A DNA stretch of 64,000 nucleotides, taken from assembly GCA_964431415.1 (NCBI GenBank), contig CAYSJS010000005.1, positions 7,132-71,131 of the forward strand, given 5' to 3'. Origin of the DNA: an uncultured Candidatus Saccharibacteria bacterium. GTDB lineage: Bacteria; Patescibacteriota; Saccharimonadia; Saccharimonadales; JACDBH01. The notes beneath the pieces are model-generated. The model had not been told where the DNA came from and made no database searches. It saw only the letters and a list, made by a program, of their open reading frames with translations. The position numbers and the translations under genes are program-made. Below, piece by piece: positions 8,720 to 19,125 of the stretch (within the stretch, counting starts at the first letter, position 1; every line of letters starts with the position of its first letter).

Positions 8720-9793
8720 ATGGACAAGACAAGCAGGATCTACATTGCTGGACACAAGGGTCTCGTGGGCAGCGCAATACACAGAGGGCTCTTGGCGTTA
8801 GGGTATACAAACATCATTGTTCGGTCATCCGACGAGCTCGATCTTACCGACACGGCGGCAACCGAAAAATTTTTCGAGGCAGAAAAGCCAGAATATGTAT
8901 TTCTCGCAGCCGCAAAAGTCGGCGGCATCATGGCCAACAATACATACCGGGCAGATTTCATTTATGACAACCTGCGCATTCAAAACAATGTCATCGGCGC
9001 AAGCTATACATATAAAGTCAAAAAGCTCCTGTTCCTTGGCAGCAGCTGCATTTACCCAAAGCTCGCGCCACAGCCGCTCCGCGAAGACAGTCTCCTCACC
9101 AGTGAACTCGAATACACAAACGAACCTTACGCCGTCGCAAAGATCGCCGGCATAAAGCTCACCGAGAGCTTCAATATTCAGTACGGCACAAACTTCCTAT
9201 CGGTTATGCCTACCAACTTATATGGCACAAACGACAACTTTGACCTAGAAAAGTCACACGTGCTTCCTGCTTTGATACGAAAGATATATTTGTGCACCCT
9301 GCTCGAAGAAGGCGACTACGCCGGCGTTGCAAAAAACTTGGGTCTTTCTTTTGAATCAAAAGAGCAAGTCTTAGAAACCGTGGCAAAATACGGCATAGAG
9401 CAATCCGAGGAGTCGGTCACATTGAAGGTGTGGGGCACCGGTACACCGTACCGCGAGTTCATGCATGTTGACGATATGGCCGATGCCTGCATTTTTGTCA
9501 TGAACAATATCAACTTTGGCGATCTCACCAAAGGAATGACCGAAATCCGCAATACTCACCTGAACGTCAGCACCGGCAGCGACATAACCATCAAAGAAAT
9601 TACCGAAATCATAAAAGAGCTTCTTGGGTTTAAAGGCACAATTGCGTTCGACCCAACAAAACCGGATGGTACGCCAAGAAAGCTCATGAGCCCCGAAAAG
9701 CTGGCTGCTCTTGGTTGGACGTATAAGATCGAACTGCGCGAAGGCCTCCAAAAAACCATAGACTGGTACAAAGAAAAGGTGGCGCATGCGTAG
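8720..9793 (+). CDS. fcl: GDP-L-fucose synthase (GDP-4-keto-6-deoxy-D-mannose 3,5-epimerase/4-reductase)
   Basis: 357 aa. IYIAGHKGLVGSAI ... AAAKVGGI ... LLFLGSSCIYPK ... EPYAVAKIAG ... MPTNLYG, which are the hallmark Fcl/WcaG motifs including the S...YxxxK catalytic set. Confidence 0.9.
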   Translation: MDKTSRIYIAGHKGLVGSAIHRGLLALGYTNIIVRSSDELDLTDTAATEKFFEAEKPEYVFLAAAKVGGIMANNTYRADFIYDNLRIQNNVIGASYTYKVKKLLFLGSSCIYPKLAPQPLREDSLLTSELEYTNEPYAVAKIAGIKLTESFNIQYGTNFLSVMPTNLYGTNDNFDLEKSHVLPALIRKIYLCTLLEEGDYAGVAKNLGLSFESKEQVLETVAKYGIEQSEESVTLKVWGTGTPYREFMHVDDMADACIFVMNNINFGDLTKGMTEIRNTHLNVSTGSDITIKEITEIIKELLGFKGTIAFDPTKPDGTPRKLMSPEKLAALGWTYKIELREGLQKTIDWYKEKVAHA

Positions 9794-10619
9794 TGTTACC
9801 CAGGATATTTATATTGAGGCAAATAAACGACAGAGCCTTAGTGTCAGGGAATTGTGGCTGTACCGCGAACTATTCTTCTTTTTTGCTTGGCGCGATATAA
9901 AAGTACGCTACAAGCAGACCGCCCTAGGAGCAAGCTGGGCCATACTGCAGCCGTTTTTAGCGACCGGAGTATTCACCTTATTCTTTAATAGAGTAGCCGG
10001 AATTCAGTCCGGCAATCAAGCTATACCTTACGCTGTTTTTGCCTATTTAGGTCTCATGTACTGGAACTGTTTCAACTCTTGTATAAACACCGTGGCAAAC
10101 TCACTCGTTGCCAGCCAGGGAGTGATCACAAAGATTTATTTCCCTCGCCTTATTCCGTGTCTTGCAGCCGCCGCCTTAAGCGTCGTCGACTTTTTCTTTG
10201 CCGCTTCCATATTCTTTGTCTTCCTGCTGGTATATCGTATTCCACCCGAAATAGAAGGTCTGCTTTTATTCATACCAGCCCTTCTGCTACTCGTATTTTC
10301 AGCACTAGGAATTGGCATATTCTTTGCTGCCCTTAACGTAAAATATCGTGATGTTCGCTCAGCGCTGCCATTCATTACTCAACTTCTTTTGTTTGTAACA
10401 CCGGTTATTTATCCGATCACTTCAATTCCCGAAAAATATCGTTTACTAGCTTTCTTTAATCCTGCTGCAGGTGCTATCAGTGGCATTCGGGCAGCTATGT
10501 TTGGAGATGTAATCAACTGGAAAGGTATAGGACTTTCGTGCATCAGCACGGTCTTAGCACTCTGTATTGGGATTTGGTATTTCAAGAAAACTGAAAAGAA
10601 TTTTGCGGACATCATATGA
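9786..10619 (+). CDS. wzm: ABC-2 type polysaccharide export permease
   Basis: 277 aa with six TM segments and an N-terminal WRDIKVRYKQTALGASWAILQPF signature typical of Wzm/TagG permeases. Its stop overlaps the ATG of the ATPase gene (ATGA). Confidence 0.85.
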   Translation: MRSVTQDIYIEANKRQSLSVRELWLYRELFFFFAWRDIKVRYKQTALGASWAILQPFLATGVFTLFFNRVAGIQSGNQAIPYAVFAYLGLMYWNCFNSCINTVANSLVASQGVITKIYFPRLIPCLAAAALSVVDFFFAASIFFVFLLVYRIPPEIEGLLLFIPALLLLVFSALGIGIFFAALNVKYRDVRSALPFITQLLLFVTPVIYPITSIPEKYRLLAFFNPAAGAISGIRAAMFGDVINWKGIGLSCISTVLALCIGIWYFKKTEKNFADII

Positions 10620-11875
10620 ACAAAGAACCAGTCATTAAAGTCGAAAATATCAGCAAGAGCTATCACATTAGCCATCAAACAAAGCCGGGTTACGGTACCA
10701 TTAAAGACAGTTTTAGTAACTTTATAAAAAAACCAATCCTTGGTTCCGGCAAAAAAGACGACGAAAGAAACGAGACATTCTGGGCGCTTAAAGATATAAA
10801 TTTTGAAGTATATCAGGGCGAGGTTTTTGGGATTGTCGGCAAGAACGGTTCAGGTAAATCTACTATGCTCAAGATACTATCCCGCATAGTCGATCCAGAC
10901 ACGGGAAGCATTCGTATGCACGGACGCGTCGCCAGCATGCTCGAAGTAGGTACTGGTTTTCATCCAGAGCTTACGGGTAGGGAAAACATTTATTTTAATG
11001 GTTCGATGATCGGTATGAGCCGTCAGGAAATCCGATCTAAGTTTGACGACATCGTTGCGTTTTCCGAAATCGAAAAGTTCCTCGACACTCCGGTTAAATT
11101 TTACTCATCCGGAATGTATGTTCGTCTTGCCTTCGCCGTTGCAGCGCACCTCGACCCAGACATTCTCATAATCGATGAGGTTCTGGCGGTCGGAGATGCA
11201 CAGTTCCAGAAAAAGTGTCTGGACAGAATTTTGTCCGGAGCAAAAAGAGGCCAAACTATTTTATTTGTTAGTCACAGCATGACTATCGTCAAACAAGTAT
11301 GCAACCGTGCGATGTACCTCGAAAAAGGCCGAGCAAAATATATTGGCGAAACAGAGTTCGCAACCGAGAAATATCTGGAAAAAAATATGCCCGCTGTGGT
11401 TGAGATGCATTTTGAAGAAAGCCCAAAGAAAAATGCTCAGTTTGTCGATATAAAGATAGAGAATGAACAAGGTGAGAAGATAGAAGCTCTCGATCTAGAC
11501 GAGTCGTGGCAGCTACGCCTTAAGTATCGTATTAAAGAGGCGTGCGAAAGAACCATTGTAGCCGTAGAGCTGCTTAATAACGACGGACAACCTATATACC
11601 TTACATCCGACACCGATCATCTGAAACGCATGAAAACGCTAGAGCCCGGAAAGTACGAGACTCTCATTAAGTTCGACGACTTCCATTTAGTACCCGGCGT
11701 TTACTACCTTCGATGCTCAATCCAGTCACCAGGGAAGGTGGCTCATGATGTGCGCGAAAACATTCCGCTTCGGGTTAGGCAAAATGATAACGACGTAAGA
11801 AGCAAATACTTTGATAAAAAGTACATGGGTTACATTTCCGACAAAATTGAATGGAATATAGAGAGAAGGGACTAA
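10616..11875 (+). CDS. wzt: Polysaccharide ABC exporter ATP-binding protein with a C-terminal extension
   Basis: 419 aa. Walker A GKNGSGKST, signature YSSGM, Walker B ILIIDE. About 170 aa extend beyond the NBD, in the position of the glycan-terminus-binding Wzt C-domain. Confidence 0.9.
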   Translation: MNKEPVIKVENISKSYHISHQTKPGYGTIKDSFSNFIKKPILGSGKKDDERNETFWALKDINFEVYQGEVFGIVGKNGSGKSTMLKILSRIVDPDTGSIRMHGRVASMLEVGTGFHPELTGRENIYFNGSMIGMSRQEIRSKFDDIVAFSEIEKFLDTPVKFYSSGMYVRLAFAVAAHLDPDILIIDEVLAVGDAQFQKKCLDRILSGAKRGQTILFVSHSMTIVKQVCNRAMYLEKGRAKYIGETEFATEKYLEKNMPAVVEMHFEESPKKNAQFVDIKIENEQGEKIEALDLDESWQLRLKYRIKEACERTIVAVELLNNDGQPIYLTSDTDHLKRMKTLEPGKYETLIKFDDFHLVPGVYYLRCSIQSPGKVAHDVRENIPLRVRQNDNDVRSKYFDKKYMGYISDKIEWNIERRD

Positions 11876-12861
11876 TGCAAAAAAAATTTATAGTAATAAC
11901 TTCAATTTTTCCACCTACAGAGGCGGTGAAAAAGTTCTCGCAAATAAGCGATTGGAATCTTGTCGTCGTAGGAGACAAGAAATCTCCTGCCGATTGGAGG
12001 TTTCCAAATGTTACATATCTGGGGCCGGAAGACCAAGAGAGCTTAGGTTACGACACACTAAAGCTACTGCCCTGGAATCATTACTGCCGAAAGATGGTTG
12101 GTTATTTATATGCCATCGAACAAGGCGCAGACTTAATTGCTGATTCCGATGACGATAATATTCCTTACGACTCTTGGCCCGAACTTCCAGAAGACGGAAC
12201 AAAGCTACGTCTTCTGTCAGGTTGCAAGTTTGTTAATATCTATAGATACTTCACTAAAGAAACTGTTTGGCCGCGCGGATATCCCTTAAACCGAATTCTG
12301 GAAACCGAGCAGCCAAGCGAAACCGATACCCAAGCTCCGGTAGGCATATGGCAGTCACTTGCAGATGAAGATCCTGATGTTGATGCGATATATAGGCTTA
12401 CGAATAATAAACCTATATTTTTTTCGAAAGAAAGACATCTGGCTTTAGACAAAGGAGTTGTATCGCCGTTCAACTCACAGAATACGATTTTTGCGAAAGA
12501 GCTGTTCCCCTTGCTCTATCTCCCCTCTTTCGTGACATTTCGTTTTACCGATATCTTACGAGGACTCGTGGCTCAACCCCTCATGTGGAATAGCGGGCTT
12601 CATTTAGGAATAGGCCCTGCAACCGTCGTGCAAAAAAGAAATCCCCATAATTACTTACGGGATTTTGAATCAGAAATACCAGTTTTTCTGCATTCAGAAA
12701 AGGTCATTGATACGCTTTGTTCGGTTGACTTATCGCAAAAAGACTTAGGCAGCGCACTAATAATTGCATACGAAGAATTATTGAAACAAAACATTGTAGA
12801 AGCAAATGAAGTTGAATTGCTTAAGTTATGGGTTGGTGACGTAAAAAAACTCTCTAAATAA
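11851..12861 (+). CDS. Putative glycosyltransferase, STELLO/DUF288-like
   Basis: 336 aa. FIVITSIFPPTEAVKKF...WNLVVVGDKKSPADW resembles the DUF288 N-terminus. An alternative start at ATG 11875 (a TAATG overlap with the wzt stop) is equally plausible. Confidence 0.5.
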   Translation: MEYREKGLMQKKFIVITSIFPPTEAVKKFSQISDWNLVVVGDKKSPADWRFPNVTYLGPEDQESLGYDTLKLLPWNHYCRKMVGYLYAIEQGADLIADSDDDNIPYDSWPELPEDGTKLRLLSGCKFVNIYRYFTKETVWPRGYPLNRILETEQPSETDTQAPVGIWQSLADEDPDVDAIYRLTNNKPIFFSKERHLALDKGVVSPFNSQNTIFAKELFPLLYLPSFVTFRFTDILRGLVAQPLMWNSGLHLGIGPATVVQKRNPHNYLRDFESEIPVFLHSEKVIDTLCSVDLSQKDLGSALIIAYEELLKQNIVEANEVELLKLWVGDVKKLSK

Positions 12862-12863
12862 CC

Positions 12864-14033
12864 ATGAAAATAGCTATGCTCGTAAACAATCTGGAGGTGA
12901 GCGGAGGGTATCAAAAGCTCGTTATACGTCTAGCAGAAACACTTATGAATATGAAGCATGATGTTGTCGTATACTCGCCGGTCGTTGACAAAAAGAAATG
13001 CTATCCGGAAAGTATAAACAACCTCCCGATTGTCACTATCGAGAACGGCAGTAACAAATCTCTGGTTGTTCGTTTTAAGGAGCTTGTTTCGAAGATTGAT
13101 CCAAATACCGAGGGGCTTATTATTCACGACGAGTTGAGTCTAATCGGAGTCGCAGCACTGCCTAAAACAAACATAAAGAAAATAGTCTGGATGTTGAACA
13201 ACCAACTTCCTGATAATCTGGGCAGCTATAAACGCGAACTCCTGCCAATATTACAAACAAAATATAGTTCTAAAAAAGACAAGCGTACCGACGTTCGCAA
13301 TAATGCCTTAAGGGTACGCTTAATGAGGAAAGGGCTAAAAAAAGTATCGAACTTTGCCGTATATGATCATATAAACGGAGATCTGGTCAAGAAGAACTTA
13401 GGACGTAAGGCAGATTTTGTGGCCGCAGGTGCAGATCTGGAACAATTTACACCCCTTTCGGCTAATAGAAATTACAGACACAATAAAGCGTACTCTGTTC
13501 TTTCTGTAGGCGTGCTTTTTCCTCATCGAAGATATGAAGATCTTATACATGCTGTGGCAATTGCAAGAAAAGACGGTTCACCCCTTACCGCAACCATCGT
13601 TGGCAGGCAAGATCTCTCGCCCGACTATTATCAAATGCTCGTGGCTCTTGCTAAAAGTCTAAAGGTCGAAAAATATATTAGGTTCATAAATTATGTCAGC
13701 GACTCTGAGATGCTAAATCTCTACTCAAAAAGTGACGCATTCATTTTTATTAATGATGGTTTTACGTGGGGAATCTCGGTCTTTGAGGCTATAGCTGCAG
13801 GACTCCCTGTAGTTATAACCAGCAATATAGGTGCGGCGGATATCATAAAAAACCGCGAGACTGGATGGATTGTTAACCCCCAAAAGCCAGCTGAAGTCGC
13901 TAAGGCAATTAAGGAAATTGTAGACAATCCACAAGCAACTAAGAAGATTGCGCTCACGGCCCAAAAAGAGCTTTCTGAATTTGTGTCTTGGCCGGCGTAT
14001 ACTAAAAGAATGCTATCCTTATTATCTTCATAG
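12864..14033 (+). CDS. Glycosyltransferase family 4 (GT-B)
   Basis: 389 aa with the C-terminal GT1/GT4 motif WGISVFEAIAAGLPVVITSNIGAADII. Confidence 0.8.
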   Translation: MKIAMLVNNLEVSGGYQKLVIRLAETLMNMKHDVVVYSPVVDKKKCYPESINNLPIVTIENGSNKSLVVRFKELVSKIDPNTEGLIIHDELSLIGVAALPKTNIKKIVWMLNNQLPDNLGSYKRELLPILQTKYSSKKDKRTDVRNNALRVRLMRKGLKKVSNFAVYDHINGDLVKKNLGRKADFVAAGADLEQFTPLSANRNYRHNKAYSVLSVGVLFPHRRYEDLIHAVAIARKDGSPLTATIVGRQDLSPDYYQMLVALAKSLKVEKYIRFINYVSDSEMLNLYSKSDAFIFINDGFTWGISVFEAIAAGLPVVITSNIGAADIIKNRETGWIVNPQKPAEVAKAIKEIVDNPQATKKIALTAQKELSEFVSWPAYTKRMLSLLSS

Positions 14034-14045
14034 GAGAGGAGTTTT

Positions 14046-14894
14046 ATGAGCACTATTTTCAAGTGGGACAAAAACAACATGGACGCGCTACTTGCAACCT
14101 GCGAGACCGACGGCGTCTTGCCTTACATACAGAAGTATATGCCCGCACCTTCCCGAGTGCTGGAATCTGGCTGCGGCGCCGGTCGCTACGTAAAATATTT
14201 ACATGACCGCGGATGGGATGTTATCGGACTAGAATGGGATCAAGAAACGGTCGACATGGTAAAAGCGCATTGGCCTGAAGTAAATGCCGTGCAAGGCGAC
14301 AGCGCCAACTCGCCGTTTAAAGAAAACTATTTCGACGGAATCATTTCCTTAGGGGTAATCGAGCACTGGATCGACGGACCCGAGGCGCCACTTAAAGACA
14401 TATACAGAACTCTTAAGCCAGGGGCATACGCAATTATAACCGCCCCATGCTTAAATACTGTCAGAAAACTAAAAAAACTGACATGGTGGAATGAGTTTGT
14501 AACCGAAAAAGAAGCAACCAAAAACTGGCGAAAGAACGGCGGCACGCCACCAAATCGTACATTAAAAAAATATAAATATTGGCCTTATCCTACCTATGGA
14601 GAATTCTTCGAGTATCGCTTCACAAAAAAAGAATTTATCAACAACATTAAAAAGCAGGGTTTTGAAGTAGTGGAGCATAATCCAATCGCCGTTATTGATG
14701 GTGTGTACCACGAACTCAATCCTAAACATAAGTTTGTAAAATACGAGAATCTTCAGTTCAAACCAACGTTCTTTGGTTCTTTTATGCAAAACACCTTTTC
14801 ATTAATTCCTTTTTTTCATCCACATCACCAAGTTGCAATCGTTAGAAAGCCGGTAAGGTCGGGCAAAAGAAGTGCAAGCCAGAAAAAGAAGTAG
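14046..14894 (+). CDS. Class I SAM-dependent methyltransferase
   Basis: 282 aa with SAM motif I VLESGCGAGRY followed by DVIGLE and FDGIISLGVIEH. Confidence 0.8.
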   Translation: MSTIFKWDKNNMDALLATCETDGVLPYIQKYMPAPSRVLESGCGAGRYVKYLHDRGWDVIGLEWDQETVDMVKAHWPEVNAVQGDSANSPFKENYFDGIISLGVIEHWIDGPEAPLKDIYRTLKPGAYAIITAPCLNTVRKLKKLTWWNEFVTEKEATKNWRKNGGTPPNRTLKKYKYWPYPTYGEFFEYRFTKKEFINNIKKQGFEVVEHNPIAVIDGVYHELNPKHKFVKYENLQFKPTFFGSFMQNTFSLIPFFHPHHQVAIVRKPVRSGKRSASQKKK

Positions 14895-16029
14895 ATACTC
14901 GGTGTCTAGCCAGGCCGGACAGACTATCATACGCAATTATGATAAATATCTGCCGCGCCTGTCTCTTAAAAAGCCTAGACACGCCCTGCTTTCTTACCTT
15001 ACAGAGCCCGTAGTAAGTGATCTTCGAGGCGAAAAACTAGTTCGTTTTAGCAACCACGGCCTTGCGGTCGGCTGGGCTAAAACACTAAACAAACTTGGAT
15101 ATATCGTTGATATTATTGATTGGGACAATAAGTCTTATTCTTCTGCAAAAGACTACGACCTTGTCATTTTTCATGGGGGGAAGAACTTCAGTAATATAAT
15201 GCCCGCTCTAAAAAACCATCCTAAAATCATACACTGGCTTACCGGTAGTTACTGGAAATTCAACAACTCCCAGGAAGATAAGCGATTGAAGGATTTCGCT
15301 AGGCGCCATGGCGTAACTGTCGCACGAGACAGATATATATACGAATCCGAAGACGAAGTAAACGAAGCCGCGGAAGCAATAATCGTACTTGGCGACCCAA
15401 CCATGAAAGAAACCTATCCATCAAAATATAAAAAGGTTTTGACGGTTAACAACGCCAGCTATCCAGACGACCATTTTGACACCCACAAAAAGAACTATGG
15501 CCAGGCAAAGAATAATTTTTTGTTTTTTGCAGGCAGCGGCAACATCCACAAAGGTCTTGATCTCCTTATAGATAGTTTTAAGGACCTTGATGAGCACCTG
15601 TACATTGTTGCGCATACCGACAAAGATGTACTAAGGGTCTTTAAAAAGGAACTGGAGCGGCCAAATATTCATTTGTTTGGCGAGGTAGGCATGCGAACTG
15701 ATCCTTTTTATGAGGTGATGAATACATGTGCATTTGTTATCCTACCTTCTTGCAGCGAAGGACAGGCAGGTTCAGTAATAGAGGCCATGAACCAGGGACT
15801 CATACCTATAGTGTCCAAAGAAACCCGACTAGACACAAAAAATTATGGCTTCACATTATTAAAATCTTCAATCCAAGAAATTAGACAAACCGTGCTACAA
15901 GCAGCTTCTATGTCCGCCGACGAAGTAAGAGCTCTGTCTAGAAGAACAAGACGCGTAGCTCTTAAGGATCACTCGTCTAAGAGTTTTGAAAACCAACTCA
16001 AAAAGGCTATTTTAGTAGCGCTCCGATAG
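14872..16029 (+). CDS. Glycosyltransferase (GT-B, GT4-like)
   Basis: 385 aa with GTG start. C-terminal FVILPSCSEGQAGSVIEAMNQGLIPIVS matches the E(x7)E region of GT4 enzymes. The 3' end overlaps the convergent gene by 18 nt. Confidence 0.65.
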   Translation: MQARKRSRYSVSSQAGQTIIRNYDKYLPRLSLKKPRHALLSYLTEPVVSDLRGEKLVRFSNHGLAVGWAKTLNKLGYIVDIIDWDNKSYSSAKDYDLVIFHGGKNFSNIMPALKNHPKIIHWLTGSYWKFNNSQEDKRLKDFARRHGVTVARDRYIYESEDEVNEAAEAIIVLGDPTMKETYPSKYKKVLTVNNASYPDDHFDTHKKNYGQAKNNFLFFAGSGNIHKGLDLLIDSFKDLDEHLYIVAHTDKDVLRVFKKELERPNIHLFGEVGMRTDPFYEVMNTCAFVILPSCSEGQAGSVIEAMNQGLIPIVSKETRLDTKNYGFTLLKSSIQEIRQTVLQAASMSADEVRALSRRTRRVALKDHSSKSFENQLKKAILVALR

Positions 16030-17562
16030 TGATCTTTTGAATAAAATTGCCCTGCCTACCGTAGTCACTTCTTCATATTCCTCAAGATACCCAGGAACCC
16101 TCCAAGTACTGTCTGTTTCGGTAATCAACACGAAATCGGCTTTCTTGTCCTTTAGTTGAACCTTGTTTTCGTGAACAGTATTATTTGGATTGATCACTCC
16201 TAAGCAGTGCAGGCGTAGATAGTAACAGTGTTTTATGGCATCAAAGTTATCGGCTGCCAAACGCGCATCTTTAGGTAGGTATGGCTTGATCACCATAGAC
16301 TGGTAATACTGTGGGATGTGCTTGTTCCGTTGGTAGTAAAGCTGTGTTAGCGGTGTTACAACAATCGATAATACGGCTAAAAGATACAGGCTGCGGGCTA
16401 CGGATTTTTTATATTTTGCCACACGTACGTCGTTAAGCATAAGACAGAAAAGGATAGTCAGCGACGCAAAGATTGGCCAGAAGTAACGATACTCCGCCAA
16501 TAAAACGAGATATCCCAGTACATATGTCATGCCTGCGCTCATATACAGGAAGAGGTAACTCCGTGCTTTACGGCCTTTCTGTACAAGTACCAGCAGTGCA
16601 AAAACCCAAAAAGCCATACTAAATGCCGAGAACTCAAAGAGTGCCGCACCCACTCTCTTGCCATTATCAAACACCGTTCTCACCATCGCAGCTATGTTTG
16701 TTTTTGAAGAAAATGGATTCCATGAAGCACGCGGTATGTACGACGGATCCTCCCAAGCAGAAAGTGCAGAATCCGTGAACGGTGCCGTCAAGCCTATGTA
16801 ATTAAGCGGGTGACCTGGTTTTGCGGGATTAAGTAAAGAAAAATTATATGCTCCGCTCGTAGAATACGTAATCTCACCATACTTAGCACTTATCATACCA
16901 ACCCATGGTAATACGAAAATACACAAAGCAATGATCGATACAGACCAATACCGTATCTCGCGTACGCCCGTACGCTCAAACTTTATACGATACAACACCA
17001 TACATATAGAATGCGCAACAAAGAAAGGGAGAAAGTAGGCTTTTGAAAAGTACCCGATAGCGCCAACACCTCCAAGCAGCACCGCATTCATATATGACGG
17101 TTTTCGGTTTTGTAGCGATAAGTAAGCAAGATAGAGAGACAGGACAAGTAGATCTGGCGTAATCGGTCCGGCGGCGGACCAAAAAACTAGCACCGGCACC
17201 AAACTAAAAAGTAACGCTGCTTCAATACTTGCTTTGACTTTCCATTTTTTTGCAATTTGCACACAAAGAAATAGCGTAATAACCCCAGAACCCATAAATA
17301 TAAGTCTTGCTGCTATCTGAGCATCCTTATGAAGCCATATAAAGGGCGCGAGCAACCAAGAAAGTAGCGGCCCCCAATACCCATTAATAGCCTCGCTAAA
17401 ATTACCGCTAGCATATTTTTGTGCGATTGAAATATAGGATACGCCATCAGGATTTATAGCGTACCTATACCAATGAAGTGCGACAACACACCCGGCAACA
17501 TAGAGAAGAGCGGCCCAGATGAAGTATTTATACATCTGCATGTATTTTCTAAATTGGCTCAT
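16012..17562 (-). CDS. Polytopic membrane protein, GT-C-like (ArnT/PMT-type) putative glycosyltransferase
   Basis: 516 aa with about 12 TM segments followed by a soluble C-terminal domain. The first loop, INPDGVSYISIAQKY, carries the acidic residue expected of GT39/GT83-type enzymes. Confidence 0.6.
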   Translation of the reverse strand: MSQFRKYMQMYKYFIWAALLYVAGCVVALHWYRYAINPDGVSYISIAQKYASGNFSEAINGYWGPLLSWLLAPFIWLHKDAQIAARLIFMGSGVITLFLCVQIAKKWKVKASIEAALLFSLVPVLVFWSAAGPITPDLLVLSLYLAYLSLQNRKPSYMNAVLLGGVGAIGYFSKAYFLPFFVAHSICMVLYRIKFERTGVREIRYWSVSIIALCIFVLPWVGMISAKYGEITYSTSGAYNFSLLNPAKPGHPLNYIGLTAPFTDSALSAWEDPSYIPRASWNPFSSKTNIAAMVRTVFDNGKRVGAALFEFSAFSMAFWVFALLVLVQKGRKARSYLFLYMSAGMTYVLGYLVLLAEYRYFWPIFASLTILFCLMLNDVRVAKYKKSVARSLYLLAVLSIVVTPLTQLYYQRNKHIPQYYQSMVIKPYLPKDARLAADNFDAIKHCYYLRLHCLGVINPNNTVHENKVQLKDKKADFVLITETDSTWRVPGYLEEYEEVTTVGRAILFKRSLSERY

Positions 17563-17667
17563 TTGGAATCATTGTACAGGAAGCGTTCGTTTTTATATCA
17601 TCATTCGAAGATGTAATAATTACCCTTTCACTACTTTTGCGCTAAGCTTTAGGATAAAATAAGAGAT

Positions 17668-18468
17668 ATGTCTGACATAACCGTATCGGTCGTCATCGGG
17701 AGTTATAATCGTCTCCCATTTTTGCAGGCTACTATTGATACCGTCCGAAAAGAGCTTAAAAAAACCATCAATGAAATCATAGTTGTAGATGGTGGTTCGA
17801 ATGATGGAACTATTGAGTGGCTTGTCGGCCAAAAGGATATCATTTCCGTCATTCAGCACAACCGCGGTGAATGGCATGGCAAAAAGATCGAGCGAAAGAG
17901 TTGGGGCTACTTTATGAACCTCGGTTTTCGCGCTGCGTCGGGCAAATATATCTGTATGCTCAGCGATGACTGTCTTGTCATCCCCGGAGCGATCACAAAA
18001 GGCATACAGCACAGCGAAAAGATGGCCAAAAAAGGGGAAAGAGTAGGCGCCACGGCTTTCTACTGGAGAAACTGGCCCGAGCAAAAAGATTACTGGGTTG
18101 GCGTGGCGTGGGGAGAAAGATTATTTGTAAATCATGGTCTATACCTGAGAGAAGCCCTACAGAAAGTAAACTTCATTGATGATACAAATTTCTTTTTTTA
18201 TCATGCAGACGGAGACCTGAGCCTACGAATATGGGAGGCCGGTTACACCTGCATAGACTCGCCAGACTCATACGTAGAGCACTATTCGGATGCCAACACA
18301 GAAGTGCGCGCCTCGAATCAGACAAGACAAAAGGAAGATTGGGGTGTTTACGAAAGTCGCTGGCAACATCTGCGCATGCCTAAAGAAGATTGGGTAGTGA
18401 AGTCTTTCAAAGACAAGCATAAAACGGCCGACAGGTATTGGTCACGAATTAATACAGTAAAGGAGTAG
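17668..18468 (+). CDS. Glycosyltransferase family 2
   Basis: 266 aa. VSVVIGSYNR...IIVVDGGSNDGT...MLSDDC is the GT-A DxD-type pattern. Confidence 0.8.
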   Translation: MSDITVSVVIGSYNRLPFLQATIDTVRKELKKTINEIIVVDGGSNDGTIEWLVGQKDIISVIQHNRGEWHGKKIERKSWGYFMNLGFRAASGKYICMLSDDCLVIPGAITKGIQHSEKMAKKGERVGATAFYWRNWPEQKDYWVGVAWGERLFVNHGLYLREALQKVNFIDDTNFFFYHADGDLSLRIWEAGYTCIDSPDSYVEHYSDANTEVRASNQTRQKEDWGVYESRWQHLRMPKEDWVVKSFKDKHKTADRYWSRINTVKE

Positions 18469-18474
18469 CGAATA

Positions 18475-19125
18475 ATGAAACTGCATTTAGGTTGCGGACA
18501 AGTTTATTTAGAGGGCTATATAAATATAGATTATCCGTTGGACAAACATACCGTACAAGAAAAAAGCGTTGCCGACGAATTTCACGACCTTACTAAGTTA
18601 CGGTACAAGGCAAAGACCATAGACGAAGTTCGACTCCATCATGTGTACGAGCATTTTCCGCGTAACGTTGCACTCGCTCTGCTCGCCTCGTGGCATACCT
18701 GGCTTAAAAAGGGCGGCAAAATTCATATTGAAGTTCCGGATTTTGACGAAAGTGCAAAACTTGTACTTGACCCGAAAGCACCGGATCGCGACAGAAAAGT
18801 GGCTCTTCGGCACATTTTTGGATCAAATGAAGCGCCTTGGGCAACCCATTATGAAGGCTGGTCAGCCGATCGATTAACTGAAGTATTACGGCTTTTTGGT
18901 TTTAAGAATATCAAAATCGAACAAACCGCATATCTGGCTACCAGAAATGTTATCGTTACAGCCAAAAAAGGTCTCCGCGAAATTGACGCCAAAAAGGCAC
19001 GCGAACTCACAAAAAAATACCTACACAACTTCACGCTGAATGAAAGCGAATTTGAAACCTCCTTGCTTGAAATATGGCTTAAAGAATTCGACAAACAGTA
19101 CAAGGTGTGTGCCGCGAAAAAATGA
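18475..19125 (+). CDS. Putative SAM-dependent methyltransferase
   Basis: 216 aa. The N-terminal MKLHLGCG...GYINID is a glycine-rich motif I-like segment, followed by LHHVYEHF. The assignment is weaker than for 14046. Confidence 0.55.
   Translation: MKLHLGCGQVYLEGYINIDYPLDKHTVQEKSVADEFHDLTKLRYKAKTIDEVRLHHVYEHFPRNVALALLASWHTWLKKGGKIHIEVPDFDESAKLVLDPKAPDRDRKVALRHIFGSNEAPWATHYEGWSADRLTEVLRLFGFKNIKIEQTAYLATRNVIVTAKKGLREIDAKKARELTKKYLHNFTLNESEFETSLLEIWLKEFDKQYKVCAAKK

Noticed and set aside
10616-10619. Alternative genetic code (UGA recoded, as in some CPR lineages)
   Set aside because: TGA terminates conserved genes at the expected lengths, for example the wzm stop in the ATGA overlap at 10616-10619 and several other ATGA junctions. 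Conserved proteins are not interrupted by in-frame TGA.
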